Shown: positions 37,852-53,220 of the stretch, piece by piece
How the letters are laid out: each line of letters begins with the position of its first letter
Numbering within the stretch: the first letter of the stretch is position 1
Assembly: GCA_051362555.1 (NCBI GenBank)
Contig: CM120649.1
Location: forward strand, 10,850,001-10,914,000
DNA: 64,000 nucleotides
Reading direction: 5' to 3'
Source of the DNA: Lingula anatina
Taxonomy: Eukaryota > Animalia > Brachiopoda
Translations under genes and position numbers: made by a program
The notes under the pieces: model-generated
What the model saw: only the letters and a program-made list of their open reading frames with translations
Told to the model about the DNA's origin: nothing
Database searches by the model: none

Positions 37852-39555
37852 GACTGCTGCGGTCTTGGATGTCCAGTCGGTTTCTTCACGTCCCTAATAT
37901 GTGGAAAGAAATGTAAAATTGAATTGGGCCATGTTACGTACACATGTACATCGAGAACAGCACATGAATAAGACGTCAAGATAGAAAATCACAGGTCATT
38001 GAGAAGATGAAATATAATCTGGTGACATGTACAATAACTGGTTCAAAGATAACTTGGTAATGATCGCCTGGAAGGAAAGAAAATAGCACTGTTTACGAAA
38101 ACACGTATATACACATGATAGAGTAGTCACGTCTTTTTCTACCTCGTTTTTAATAAATTATTTCTAACCACACGGATAAAATACTACAGTGAATCCAAAA
38201 ACATTCTATTATAGCTACCCTGTCCTGAAGTCAGCACTCAAGCAATCTAAACAGGAATTATAATTAACAAATCAGTACAAATCGCTAGTTTTACCTACAG
38301 TTTTTAGCAACTCTGTGGGAGAAAGTGACATATGAGGCACTGTGTTGCCCTATAAAGCCTCACCCTTTGATAAACTCGTCTTTTTCTCAGTAAAGTGCTA
38401 ATTACCTATTGGCGGGATGTGCCTTTTAAAGTGGTATGACGTAAGGTGCACGTGCCTGAGGTAGGTTAGATCAGCTTCTGCCCACATAAGTATTCTTTGA
38501 TATGATATGATAAGATATTATTTATTTCATATTTAAAATGTAAATATATACTGTAAATTATACATTAAAATTTTCTATAAGAACATTAATTATATATATA
38601 TTGTGCTCGTGCAAAAGCACCGGTGTGGGTTTCCCAAATCAGCCCCCTTCCCCCACATGGACAATTCCTGGACAATGCCCTCCCTGCAATTATTTTAAAT
38701 TGACTAATTAACACTGAATAATATGACACCGAGAAAATTGTGATATTAAAGTGATGTGAAGATGCAGTCATTTTTGTGCTCTGCACCTTGCCATTTTAGT
38801 GGTATTACTAGGCATAAGTAGATCAACTGTCGCTTCTTTTACCACCAAGTGGAGTTTACGGAAAATCTAAAGCATTTAATTTTTTTTTCAATTTGTTTTT
38901 TTCCTTCCTTTCCAACCCTGATCATTTCCAGCGCGGACTCGTTTAATTTTGATAAGAAAGATTCAACTAACGCAGGCATAAACTCCTCCCCTCCCCCACG
39001 ACTCACCCTGCCCCAGAGCCACTCTCTTCCAGGGCCACAGATTGATGTTAAACTAAATATTGACGAATATGTCCCTGGCTTATTTATGACAATTTTCTCT
39101 GCTGCATGACTCGCGTTTCTCATTTATTTAAATTTTTTGTCGATTGGTTTATTTTTATTACACTGCCAAAACACTGCAGTGAATCTAAATATATTATATT
39201 TTTCCTGCCCTATAGGCACGGTATTATATTAGGCAATGCAATAAAGAGGTTATGGTTGTTCCAATTGGTAATTTGTTCCAAATCAGTATTTTACCAACAT
39301 TATGTAGTACCTCTTTGGGACAAAGAGACAGTTGAAGCGTTAGTACGTACAGATTCATTTTTACATAAACTAGTGTCAGAGTTAGCGTTCTCGTTAATCC
39401 TTTCAGTTGAGCTGCTAATTACCTGTGGGAATGATTTAAAAACATGTCTTGCCACGTGTGAACTTGTTCTTTGATATTGCAAGTCGTCTGAGGTTAGCCC
39501 TGGTTCTGCCCACGCGAGCTTTCATTGAAGGACGTACGTTTGGCCTTTTTACAAA

Positions 39556-39557
<2 letters not shown>

Positions 39558-39589
<32 letters not shown>

Positions 39590-39684
39590 CGTTATAATAA
39601 TAACAATTATTATTAAGCCTTTCTAATTATAATAAAAGTGCCTTTCTGGTTATAATAATAATAATAATTATTATTATTATAATA

Positions 39685-39729
<45 letters not shown>
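39558..39729. repeat. (AAT)n/(ATT)n compound microsatellite
   Basis: Directly visible; a similar compound tract is at 61607-61728. Confidence 0.9.
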
Positions 39730-39730
<1 letters not shown>

Positions 39731-42700
39731 TAACTAGAAAGGCACTCAGAGAGCGCAGAGAGACGTCAAGACATTAGCTGATTTATGATCTGTCCGGAAA
39801 ATTTCATCAAATTTCATCCATAACTGTTTGAGTTAAGGAGCGTTCCCATGAACTCATCGTACTAGCTGGATCGATCTAACTCTGCGAGAATTCTCGCTAA
39901 AATGCATTCAGTGCACGCGACATAATAATGTTTTTACTTTACTGATTTTGATTTGTTCACTACACTCTTCAATGTGAATAATCGTCATATGTTCTGCCAA
40001 AGTTTGTGGCAAATGGCTAAATGTAATAATCTAATCCATATTTTACGTAAACTGTTGTTCATTATAAGGAACCACATTAGCAAATTCACCATCAACAAAG
40101 TGAGGCAGGTAAAACCCTGTAGACATCTTACCCTGTACAAGCAAATATGATTCCTCTAATAATCAGTTCAAAATTGCCTGCGTGCAAACATTTATGTGGT
40201 TATTTTCAGATAAAAGATCGAGCCAGACCGCTCTGACGCGGGGTTTCACTGTAATACTCGCCGATCACAAATGCACAGTGCTGTCTAAGATATATCAATA
40301 AGAAGTAGCCAACAAATAACTGATTCTGCCAGACATTCCGACCAAGTGACATTTCTGTTATTTATAAATTGGAAGTGGGTCACTATTGGTTTCGAGCGTA
40401 AAATACTATACCCACTTTATGATCTCCAACGGTTTTGCATAGGGCGCACATTTCATAAAAATACAACATTTTTTCTATGTGAAGTTCTATAATGTACATT
40501 GGTTACCCTGAACGTACTCTAAATTTCATATAAGAACACGACTAACCATTACATGCTTATCTTCAAGTGCCGTTCTCGAATAAACTTGACTTTTCTTCGT
40601 TGATACATTAAACTCAATGAATAAATAGAGAAAACTGCAATTCAGTACATGCATACCCACCACTTCAGACCACTGTTTGCGATGGTCTATTTGCTTTCCA
40701 CTCTCTTCCACCTACAGCCGCCCTTAAAGAACGCCTCTCTCTTACCTAGAATACGGTTACGCGGTTTCCTTCACTTCTCTGAAACTACTGACTGATTGTT
40801 TTTCTTTATTTCGACTGATTGCAAAGGTTAAGGTACCATCAATGCTATACCTTCACCCTCCTAATACCTGGAACCTACCTCTGGCACTGCTCTGTCGCCC
40901 ACAATCCGCTTCAGAAAATGGCGCACCTTTCAGAAAACGTCACCAGATCTAGTATCGATCAGAAAATCGTGACATTGTGGTTCTTGGAATAACGCTTTCC
41001 TCTGATGCACACCTATTTATTTTGGGTTGTGTAAGGAACCGTTGTGCAATGTTCAGAAATAACAAGGTCGCCTCACGACAGCAACTGGCGTTTTTATATG
41101 ACTAATTTTGAAAACCTGGAGCACGGCTGGGGTTTATTCCGTTATCTTTACTTATGTTGAGGGGAAATAATTCAGAACTGTTTTATATCTGATGTTTTGT
41201 GTTTCAATATTTTTTAAAACTTTCGTTTCCGTTTATTATCCTTAGATGTTATGTGCATTTGAATAAGCCGTTGTTACTTTAGCATCATTGTATAATGTGC
41301 TCTTTTTCTTTTGTTTTTGTTGATAAGGATTTCTTGTCGTTCTATCTATCCGTATAGAGTACAACCGTAGCATGTCGTTGCATTTATTTCTATATTGCAA
41401 AGCCGAAAATGAGATTCATTTCTCGAAAATAGGCTTCTCGACACATGAAGAATACTGCGATTGGTCCAAAATCAAAACATTGTTCCATCTCTATATTCCT
41501 GATGCAAACACTTCATCCTTCGCGTCGCAGCGAGTGTCACACAAACTGTGCTCCATTAAATTTGTACATGTAAGGGTTGCCGTGACTTAAGCGGTTCGAA
41601 ATCTTGGACATGGCTTACCTGTACAGATCAATGGAAACTGGACTCCCTCGATCTGTGGTACATGACGCTGGCTAGAATTTCTAGATATTATGTAAGTACT
41701 GTATAAAATATTGGTATCTTTGTTATATGATTCTGCCTATTAGTGTACATTGATCCGGATTCGCAATATCATCTCAGGAATATGGAAGATTTCAGGTTTC
41801 ACTGTATACGGTGGATTTAATATTTATGTTATGAAACTAACGGCGGTTAACCAACACCTCAATTGAATTTATATCGATCTTGATGTCAAAGATTAACCGG
41901 AGAGGTGCTGGAGATCGATCGATAGAGACAAAAACTTACCAGATATGTAATCTGATTAAACCAATGCAACAATGCCGGTATTACTGGGATACTTTGTTTG
42001 ACAATGTGGTTTTATAACAGGGAAATACTCGCTTATCTATGGGAAAGAATAACACAATGGTTGAAATGAAAGAATTACAGCAAAATACATATGTACTCAA
42101 GATGTGTGACATACAGTGTACAAAAAGGAATTGGAACGTGCAAATTTGCATTGAAAACGAAATGATAGAGGACATAATGAATACCCATTCATTATTGTAT
42201 AACGGCAAAGGCTTGTCAAGAGCGGGCAGCCATTGTTCAATTTTTCATTTGGCATCAGTCACCCACAACCACAAGCAGGCATCGTAACGTATTTGTTAGA
42301 TTTTTCTGTTGATTGAAAAATGAATTAAAATACAAAAGCCATAGGCGTAATGGATTTAAAGCATATATTATACAAATAATATGGCCTGTCCCCAAAGAAA
42401 GGTGACCGAGAGCAGAAAGGTGGCCGAGTTTAACATAGGTTAGAACAATCGATGGAAATGGAATTCGTATGATCTTAACTAGGCATTAAGGGCGGTGCAT
42501 ATATTTGCATGATTCTTTAATAGATAAACCAAATTATTCTGGACTGCCAACACGTAAAAAAGTACATGCAACTACAGGGAAAATCACAGGAAACTACGAA
42601 TGGGTTCACCTTGATCGTAATAATAGGACAAAGTACTTAATACTCTGGGTTTCCTTAACGTTGAGGGGGATGCAGTGCACTTCCTCGTACAAAGGCTTAA

Positions 42701-45700
42701 GAATGAGGTTAATCATCATTAACGATGCCATTAACAGACAGTGGCACACGGTTGACATTCATTACCATGTTGTGAAGACAGTGTCATTGTACTCGTAGGA
42801 CGCTAAGTAGAAAAGACAATGATCTCATTACACTATGATCATATTTTGTTCTAATCTTCCTCTTGAGCTGCGTGCACAAAACGCATAATCTTGATGTTTT
42901 CTGGTACGACTTGCAATTTTTTTAACAGTGGCTTGTCCAGGATTCTAGGGAAAAGGGGTGATATACGACGTCTTATAGGAAATTGGCCCCAAATCCTATA
43001 GGAAAATGTAGAACGTGTTTCCTATAGGACGTTCGTTAGAATTCCTGTCCAGAACCCTCTATAGCCCTGTAAAATCCATATAGTCCTATAGAATTCCTAT
43101 AGAGTCCCATAAAGTCCTATAAGACAGCCTAAAGGAAATATTTGCAAGAGTTAAAGGTACATACGAACCGAGCATTGGTGGAGCGTGGATTCCCAGTAAC
43201 ACATGTAAACCACTTCTACTAGATTCTTATATGACTCAAATACATTCGACATGCCAAGGGATAAACTGAATAGATCACTCGATCAACCATAAAAGACCTT
43301 TAGACTGCTCCTTTCTTTAAATTTTTGGTTGTAAATTTAACCTACTTTCGTGACCTACTTTCCTGCCTCATTGACATACAGCTTAGAATGCCAGCAGAAA
43401 AATCTGTTCAAACATCATTTTCGGGTAAAATTAAACAACGCCTTTTGGTAATTCTCTTACATGTAATTATACTACTTGTAACTATATGCTGGCATTTGGT
43501 TGGTTTTTGTGACAAAAAATTGACTTTGTATGCATCTTTAAGACATAAGATAGAAGTCGACGGCAATTGCCACTATACTACGTATTATCTGATGGGCACT
43601 ACCCCTGTCTTCCCTGTTGGGAAATAGGGCCGCTCTGAAGGGCACAGAGATGGGCAATTTATCTGGTTTTGTTTCGTTTCACTGGTTGTCCTGATTTTTA
43701 ATGGGGAGCGTAGAAAAGAAGACACCTTAATGGGTAAAGGACTTGCAGGTGACCTTGTGTTTTTTTTCCTGAACCATTGCCCACGTATGGCTTGAATCCG
43801 AGGAGTCTCACTTTAACTGCATAATGATTACAGACATGTTTTGTTCTATTTCTGGGCAGTTAATCAATACCGATAAGACGACTGTCACATGAACGCTCTC
43901 CAGTGTGCAGTCTCATTAACCAGATGTGACGTGAGCTTGGCATGATTGCTTCAAGGTGTCGCAGATTGTAATCGTTTGCAGTTTTCTTTTTTTACTAAAA
44001 AAACAAGAATATTCAAGTCCTGACATAAAGAGAGGGCTTTTGTTTTGCCAGACGCCATAGCATTGTGACCAGCTAGCTCCTGCAGGTCGGGGAGTGGGGG
44101 ATGGAGTTCGAACAACTCAACAGTAGTAAGCACCTGAATGAGCACAGTAATATGTTCTGTATCTGAGAAAAATCCAGATGCGGGAAACGCGTCTGAAACG
44201 CACATATTCAACGCGTGCTAGTATTAGAGTTTTAAAAATGGCTTATTGTGTATTTGGCATGAGTCGAATTTATCTTTTTTTATCTAAATAAGTCTCATAC
44301 GGGTGGTATGAAATTATATTGATATATTTGTATTTAAGTGAAAAGTCGCATTTAACATTGTACGTTTTGAATCAAGCAGATAGACACAGTCGATATTTGT
44401 ACTGTACGTTCAGCTGGGGAAATTGCCTTTTAGGCATTTGACTCGAGAGGACGAGTGATCTAAAGAGAAATTCATTGAATTTATCACCAAATGATGTACA
44501 TATTTACCGAAAGCAATATTACAAAACTTCCAAAGATTGTATGCTGGTAAACTTGTCCTTATGAGAAAATATAACCCTTTCGTTAATCAATTCTGGTCTC
44601 TAGTGTCCGACCAGACAAAGAAAAATTCATTCCTAATTTTTAGATTGGAAGCAGTAAGAATACACGACCTGTGTTGATTCAAAAAAGTTCTGCAACTACT
44701 AGGAAATATAACGTCACCCGTGGGGCATCATACACTTTATTGGACTCAGATTTCTATTTCTTATCAAGAATGACACAACAACTCCAATTCATTCGTCTTC
44801 CTTATGTCTATATGAAAACAATGCAATTTCATTTATCTACAATCTTCACACCGCTTGTCAAGGTCCTCGCCATGGGATCGGAGATACCATAAAATAAGAC
44901 CAAGTGAGGATCTACACTTTTAGACCCTATAAAGGGCGTTGATTTCCACTAGATGTTCATAGATATTTCTCTGTTCATTAGCTCCGGCACATTTCAATTC
45001 TGTGTCCGGGTAGGATTTTTGGGCAACAAATACGTCATCACTTTTTCGGCCTCTGGTATACATGGCTTAAGAGCATCCGGGATATTCCGCGTGCCTTGTA
45101 TTGCCGATTATTTGTTTCGTGTTATGCCAACAAAATCAAAACAAAGATTCATTATTGCAAATGATAGTTTGCCGTTTTGCAGACGTTTGCTCTTTTCTCT
45201 TGGGTCGATTTGATCATTTCTGATTTCAGTAAGATAGATGGTACGCATAACAAGGCATGTGGAATGATGAAGCATTGCCCTGTTTAGAGCAACTGTATTG
45301 TGAGATTTAGACGTTCAACGGGGAACCAGACTTCAATTGTTGCGCATCATCCATATGTTTGCTTCGATTTTTTTAAAAATCTCATCGGGTCGATCGTTAA
45401 GAAGGTCGTCGACTACATTACAAGAGAGGCTGCTTTGCTGGAATTGACATGTGTTGCGTATTCGACAAGATAATGCAAACGAGTAAAAATGCTGATGGTC
45501 CATACCATTCGCTGTTTTCATTACCATGGGGGGAAACTACATGTTTTCGATCGACATATTTAGATTACATAACTACCATGTTTCAAATAATTATCTGTTG
45601 TAGGCCTTAGTGCTACATTAGCTCGAAAAGTACATGCAGCCCGTCAGAAATACAACTGCCAAAGTTCCAGATAGTGTTTGCTCTCCCTGTGTTATTAATG

Positions 45701-48443
45701 GCGCACGGCCCAATCCAGAGAGGCGTGTAATTAGAATTATGAGTTTGCGAGCGCTCTAAGGTACGATGTCTAAGAGCGCTGTGCGGGCTTGCTTCACCTT
45801 AACCTTTTACTCTCCTTCACAATAGATTTTAAGGTCATAAAAGAAACATAAACATGTTATTAAAGCTTATTAGACAGTGTTTACTACTGCAATATCCTTT
45901 CTGGGTCTTATTGCTAAAGCTGGCTTTAGATTGCCCTTTAATCATAGAGGCTTTCCTGTTGTCGGATATAAAAGATTTTATGGCACGAAATATTTTTTAT
46001 CTATCCGAAGTTCTCCGGGGTCGATAAAAGATCAAGCAAGGTTTCTGGCAGAAAAATAAACATGAATCAGACTACCAAAGTAATCATGACAGTTAAAATT
46101 TTGCTATTGTGTGTAAGCGCGATTGCACCAGATCTAACTTATACACGAAATTATCTAACTTACAGTATAAGAAGGAACCTATAGAAACCCCCGTGCGTTG
46201 CGTTTTGAATGCCATGGCGATAAAGAACCAGTGCGTCAGTTAATATGTTTTCAGATATTTGATTTCCTAGGACATTACTAGGCACACTTGCAACACGTTC
46301 TTAAAATTCACAATGTATCCTACCATGAATGCAATAACTATTTGATAAAAATGGTCAAAATTAGAGCGAATTTTTTATTAAGTAATGTCCATTTTATGTT
46401 CTCCGTCATCCACAAATTGATGTCCGTAAAATATATATTGCAGCGCTATTCGCATGCTTGTGTGTCCAAATAGCGAAAGGGTTATCAGACAATAACTGAT
46501 TGGCTACATATAAAACACAATTAAACTACTAAAATATATAGTTTAATAGCAGCCATGGTTTATTTCTGGGCCATTTTGCATTTTAAAAAACCTAAGTCGA
46601 CCACATCGCCCCGATACATTAGCTGCAATGTATATTAGTCATCTCTTCAGATTAAATTATATCTGATTCTTGGCTGTAAACATACATTTCATACAAAAGC
46701 ACTCAATACTGCACGAAAAATGTCCTTTCATGTTGATCAAGCTATTGCACATACACCAATTATCTTCGAAATTACGACACAGGAATCTTCGGTCATTGAT
46801 TTTTTCCTGAGCCACGCACGATGTCTCTATAGATAATAGTTCTACCCAATGCAAAAACACTATTTTCCTGATTGATTTTTTCTGAACCATACACAATTTC
46901 TCTTCGGAGATAATAACTCTGCTTGATGCCAGAAGAAACGACCTTGTTCGTTTCGAGGACATGCATTAAATCAAAGTAAATGTATGTAATTGCGGTCGAG
47001 TAAGTCGATAGAATACATTTCGTTGTACAACAATTATCCTCTTCACATCGGTTTTTAGCTTTAAAACTGGCTATCATAACTGAACATTGCTGTGTAGTAA
47101 GCGTTACCTTGTGCCAAGATCTCTAAACACCAAGTTATTCTCCTGCACTTTTATTCCCTATGTATCATAAAATTTTCAGGGTCCTATTTAATACATGCAT
47201 TTTGAATTAACAGCTCTTGCCTATTTGTTTTGTTTATTATATCTATACCTTTTGTAACAAGCGTGACAAACTTTAACCTATATAAAGTACATGAGTTGAA
47301 AAATTCTTAATAATAATAATAATAATAATAGCTTGTCTGTCTGGATTGTCTTAAAATTGAAGATAGGAAAGAAAGAATTAGGAATATCCAGTATTTGTTA
47401 TCATTGTATGCCCAAGAATAACCCACTCCAGAGCAAACGGCTAGAACTACAGCTAATGCCATCTTCAACCTTTGCCGTGATGGATTCCCTTGTAAAATCC
47501 ATTCAGTTCAAGGTAGAAACTACGAAATCAAAATAAACGAGCAATTGACCAACATTTCAGGAAAAAATAAACTCACCATCAACAGTCTGGACAAACGAAC
47601 AGTCTGGACAAATAAATACAACTTTCTTTTACTACTCAAATGTAAAATTAGAAGAAAAAAAAGCATGTATACCTCTCCTTTGATTCACACGTACAGCTGT
47701 ACTCAAAATAGGAGTATTACCGTAACACTTAATTCCCGTTACTTTTTAATGTTTGAAAGACAACCTTCAGTACAGTATCAGAATATAATCTACTAAACAC
47801 TCACCTGGAGTCAATTCCCTTTCTTTTTATTCCGGTTTTGTTTCAGGGTTATGAACGCGGCTTAAAGAAGCGAGCGAGTTGTCTACGAGTCACATTAAGG
47901 AGGTTCAGGCACCACACACAAGAAATCGTTTAGACATTAAAATCAAAAGGATGTGTGTTGGCTGCGGAGACAGGTTGTTAATTCGAAATGTTGCTTTTCT
48001 TGGAAATAACAGCTGACAGGCGGCAACGGGAAGTGTGGGCACATGAACATGTAGTTTTGCTTCAATCCAATCAGAAAATTCCAAAATGATAATAATAAAG
48101 TTTATGAAAAAGAATGAACGACCAAACAAAGAGACAAAAGCCTGTTTGACGACGAGTTCACACAAATAGGATCTTTTGAATTGATACCGCTCGCATTTTA
48201 TGATCATGGTATAAATATGTTATATGCATTATGTTATACTTATGTGCAAATGAAATTAAAGAAAGTCAGTCTTCTTGTGTATGTGTGATCGGAACTTTTA
48301 AAATTTCCTTTCAGTGGTGAAGGGAATTATAAGGGTGTGATTGTGTTAGTGGAGTGTTAGCTTCTTGTTTTCGTCTCTTTCTTATTCATTCACATAAAAA
48401 GCCACTTTGGTCGACTTCGCAGTAGATTTGACCTTGCCACTTA

Positions 48444-48658
48444 GACCCCATTCCCACAGATTTTAGATCGATCTATCCCTGTGGGGAGTCTCACTAGATT
48501 ACTGCCAGCTTAGCCGGCTTAAGCGTCTGTCCCGCCTACTAAAAGCTGTAAGGGGGTAATTAACTGTGGTGCGCGCTCGGCTGACTGCAATTTAGCGTGA
48601 ACTCCCAGGGAGTTAGGTCGATCTAGATGGATCGATCTAAATCTATGGGAATGCACTC
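48444..48658 (+). mobile_element. PIF/Harbinger-type (Tourist-like) MITE with TTA TSD
   Basis: Imperfect ~29-bp TIRs (..CATTCCCAxAGATTT(T)AGATCGATC); TTA at 48441-48443 and 48659-48661. Confidence 0.8.
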
Positions 48659-50932
48659 TTAGTAGCCTGATATCACTTCTAAACACGTTGTAAAGCATTT
48701 ACACGGGGTCTTCAAAATAAACATTCTTAAAGCCTGCATTAATTTATATACAGCGGTGGAAGCTCCTTTTCCTCTTTAAGAAAAGGGCCTTGTCTGACTT
48801 GTCGACGTGAGTGTCGTGATGCCATGCATGGATAAAATAACACGTTTACTCTCTATAAATGTGATTCACTATTCTACCATCACTACACATTGACAACTTG
48901 TTCCACTCATGTTTCTTCCTATGCAACCCTGGGCATAGATTACAATCGTGCTTTGCGTACGTGTGATATTAATTACGCCTTTTTTTAGCTATTAAAAAAA
49001 CAATCTATGCCCACCAGCAAATTCTACCAGCATTTAGTGCATTTAGTGCCTTGATTCTCTCAGCGCGTCGCCGTTTTCAGGTTAATCATCGACCTATACG
49101 TTCACTCGAAGCGCAAGATTTAAAAGCAAAGAGCTTAATTATTAATGCTAAGAGCTAACTTGAAAAAGAGATTGATGATGACATATAGCATGACAGTGCC
49201 TAGATTTGTTCGGCAAGTTCTCACTTACAGTGCCAAATTTGATTTTATGTATGTTTTTAAAAAATTAATAAATTAATAAGAGATTTTGCGAGAAGTGCGC
49301 TATTCTCATGTTAAAAAAAGATGAGCTTACAAGGTGTGTACGATGGACTTAGCATCGATCACAATAACTTAGACGCGTTATGCGCTTATCGTAACTTTAA
49401 AAGGGTTATTTTGTGTAGGGTATTATTATCATTATTTATTTATTTATTTATTTTTGAAAATTAAAAATAAAAAAAGATTCCTTCTCTTATTAATACTGAG
49501 CAATAGGAGTTCATGCAAGCCAATGTCTGTGCATTTTTTACATTGTTTAAAATTTCATTCTCATTTGCTGATAACTCGGTATAAAACGATTAAACATGCA
49601 TTACTTAGGCAAAACAGTTCAATGGCGGGTAGGGGGGTTTTCCCATCTCCACCATCTTCCTCCGCCATACAAACACAGTATAAAAGGATAAAAATCTACT
49701 TTTCATTTGTCTATCCTGGGCTCAACAAATGATAGAAAAACGATCTTCGGCTAGTGCTATATTTGTTCAGCAAAACGAAGCAACTTTTTGTCCTTTTGCA
49801 GCCCCCCCACCTCCCTCATCCCCAACCGTCTTTCAAGCAATGTCATGGAGCTGCTATTGCAGAACAATGGGAACTTCCGTGTCTAGTTGTCAGGAAAGCC
49901 TGCGGCTCTCACTCCCGGAGATGCCCTATGCCACGGTTGTAATCTTCATCGACCAGAATTGAAGAACCTGGAGTCAATGCCCTGGATTTTTCCAGTTGAA
50001 GCTTTTCAAGGTGAGGCTTTTTCTGCAAGACGGTTTCCAGGGTTTCAGGCGCCTCGGGGAGACAAAAGAGATTAAAACGACCTTCAGAATGAACTAGCTC
50101 CAAAGGGCACACTAGCACTACGCCTGGTGATTGTAAAAAACAGAGACATACATACAGGTGGGGTGCGGCATACTCAACTATAAGGTACCGTTATTTGTTA
50201 GGCGAGAAGAACGAACGATGAAAAAAAAACTATTGGGCTCGTGAGGACGATTTTCAGAGATATTGGCGATTTTTTAACTTTGCATGCCCTATACCTTTCT
50301 TTCCTTTGTGCGTAAACCTAAGATAGCTATAATTCATGTAATCTGCCTGTAATCTGAAAGCATGTCACTCATCATTCTTGTCGTAAACTTTTTTATGAAG
50401 TATACATCTTCATAAAAGCAATGTGAAGCATGGAAGCCCTTTGACAAGTGACATTAATTTTATGAACTCGTTTACGACGTGTCTATTTTTTCCTAAATCC
50501 CTGGTGGACCTTTAGCTCAATTAAAAATAGGTATGCTTCTTATCAGTCAGTATCCACTGGCTGAATTAATTGGAGCTCAAACCTCTCTGTGAGCAATAAA
50601 TAAATAAATAAAAGTTACGAATATATTTCCCTGTACATGTATATGAGAGATTGAACACTTCTCACAGGTTTACAAATCATTTCGCTCAGCTTCGCAGATT
50701 TCACAATGACGGATACTAATGACACCCATTCACATGACGCAGTAGGCAAGCGCTTGTGAGTCATCGGCAAAAGGAAACAAAGGTAAATGGAAAATGTGAC
50801 TATGATGATCAATAACGAGTAAAACCGAGCCGATAATCTGTAACTGATCTGGGTAAAGTTACGCCCTTTCTGAACCGATTGAGGGGATCGATTGATGGGT
50901 TTACTAACGTTCAGCATGTTGGATAGAGCGAT

Positions 50933-51437
50933 CCCCTACGGAAATTTTCTATAGGATCCAACAGGACGTCCTATAAGAAGTAAGCCCAAAAATCCTGTAA
51001 GGTCCTGTAGGACATATGCCACAGATCCTGTAGGAAGTAAGCCTAAAAATCCTGTAAAGTCCTGTAGGACATATGCCACAGATCCTATAGGAAGTAAGCC
51101 TAAAAATCCTGTAAGGTCCTGTAGGACATATGCCACAGATCCTATAAGAAGTAAGCCCAAAAATCCTGTAAGGTCCTGTAGGACATATGCCACAGATCCT
51201 ATAGGAAGTAAGCCTAAAAATCCTGTAAGGTCCTGTAGGACATATGCCACAGATCCTATAGGAAGTAAGCCTAAAAATCCTGTAGAGTCCTGTAGGACAT
51301 ATGCCACAGATCCTATAGGAAGTAGCCTAAGCCTAAAAATCCTGTAGAGTCCTGTAGGACATACGATGGAATTTTTAAAGAGTCCGGTAGGATTCCTATA
51401 GAGTGCTTTTTAGTCTTACGGGACATTTTCGTAATGG
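50933..51437. mobile_element. Non-autonomous element carrying a 57-bp minisatellite (~7 units); possibly animal CACTA/EnSpm-like
   Basis: Unit ATAGGAAGTAAGCCTAAAAATCCTGTAAGGTCCTGTAGGACATATGCCACAGATCCT. Imperfect TIRs CCCCTACGGAAAT and ATTTTCGTAATGG, flanked by AT on both sides. Similar CCTATAG-rich remnants at ~42930-43150 and ~54300-54480. Confidence 0.6.
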
Positions 51438-53015
51438 ATATACTGGACATGATCACAGCACAGCACATATTGTGACAGTATGGCTTCCACCTCCCAACCC
51501 GCCGAACGTCATAGCTGCACAGTTTGCAAACGTGTACACTTCTTTTTTACTAAAATGAACTCGGTCTGTTAAGGTCGTTGGTGTCACAATACGTTCCGTT
51601 GTGGCACAAACTGGGCACAAAGAAGGGAGATATGCCTAAACATAACGGCATTTTAAGGGCATGGATTTCCACAGAGATGAAATACCAATTACTACAAGTG
51701 GAAAACAGACACCCTGAGGCCCAAGCAGTCTCCCTTATATTACAATCGCTTTTTTCCTCTTCAATAACGGTTCATCATGGAAATTTCATTGAAGTTTTCA
51801 TTTGAAGAATGGTTTAGATATCTTGACAACCGACAGACAGACAATTCTTAGTCTATAAAAACAACCTTATTAGTCGACGAAGGCAATAACACGTGAAAAC
51901 TTTGGGAGTGGATATTGTGAAATTCCTGGCTTTTCAATAGTGTCCGAAGTTCTCGCCACTGGTTAGATATTACATCTTTTGCCAAGACACATTTTATTAT
52001 GATAAAAAGATAAAGAAACAAATTGTAAAAATTGAAAACGGGATAATAAAATCTGTGCGTGCAAAAATGTCATGAACAAAGACAATATAGCTCAGGCTTA
52101 AGTCGACAAGAACTGATAGGAAACGTTTCTGCTTACCTTAATTGGCACGTCTCCCTCGAGGTGGATATCTAATTTATATATACGACACTAAACCTGTTGA
52201 CACAGTGACAAGCGGCCTGAATAATTCATTCCAACCCGGGTGAAACTAGGCTTCTTTAATCAACAATATTGACTGTAGATGGACGAAACATTGGGGTTTG
52301 GGACATCTCTGCTTTGGGAATTCAAAGTGATTTCCGACTTCAGAAAATGAAGGAGAAATTTAAGGGTTTGTTTTTTTGGGGACTGTTTTTGCATATGGCT
52401 GGCTTTCTAGTTTTATACATGTGCACGCAGTGACGTCTAGCAGAATGGGAGTAGAAGTTGGATGTAACTGACATATATCTATATCTATTTATCAGTCAGT
52501 TCTTATCAATAATTCATGACCTGTCACAAGTTTTCAATTTACCAAAAGCGTGCAAATGCCACGGTTCGTTGTCTTGCTGCTTTTATGGAAAGCTCGTGAC
52601 TTCTTGGCAAACTAAAAGTAATTAATAATCACACTAATTTGCGATGGAAGTTTATCTCAGAAACTAATCCAAAACTAATCATGTTTCAAGACTATATCAG
52701 CTGAATTCCTTGATCCGACATTTCAAACAATATCACTAGATGTTTTTGTCTCATTTAAAAAATAAGAACATGTCAAGCTTGCATTTTGTTTGCACACCGA
52801 ACAAATTTAAGAACTGGAAGTGGCCCTGCATTACATCTAACTGTACACGTATAAGTAAAATGGGCTTTGTTAAAAAATTCCTGCAGAGATACGTAAAATC
52901 ACAATACCATTTTTTTTTCAAACAACAAAATCTAAACACGACGTCATTTACACCTCAAAATGTGAACAGTATTTGTTTCATAAGACACATTCATCAGAAA
53001 GTGATGCTATAAATA

Positions 53016-53198
53016 AGGGCATTCAGAACATCGGACTAAGAAACCCAAGGATCAAACATGCCAGACCCGCTTGAATGGTTGTTGCGTAATCCCCGCGGGA
53101 AATGTATTCGGTGTCTAAATGGGAATTAAGCGGCAAGCTTTATAGTGGGTGGCCATATTTGATCTGCGGATCTGTTAGTCAGCTGTTCTGAATGCCCT
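53016..53198. mobile_element. MITE with 15-bp TIR AGGGCATTCAGAACA
   Basis: Perfect terminal inverted repeat (TGTTCTGAATGCCCT at the right end) with further imperfect internal pairing. TSD ambiguous. Confidence 0.7.
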
Positions 53199-53220
53199 CA
53201 ATGATACTATAGCCTTTACC

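Noticed and set aside
37527-37971. + strand ORFs overlapping the large exon
   Set aside because: Antisense shadows of the GC-richer coding exon on the - strand.
44950-47080. Several short ORFs that might be transposase or RT remnants
   Set aside because: I could not identify any diagnostic motif by eye; a translated search against Dfam/Repbase would be needed.
50936-51307. 123-aa ORF with a 19-aa repeat (AYVLQDLTGFLGLLPIGSV)
   Set aside because: It is the translation of a 57-bp minisatellite inside a probable transposon; the neighbouring unit has a frameshifting insertion.
50933-51437. CRISPR-like appearance of the regular repeats here and at 21290-21515
   Set aside because: The units are contiguous with no unique spacers, there are no cas genes, and the context is eukaryotic.
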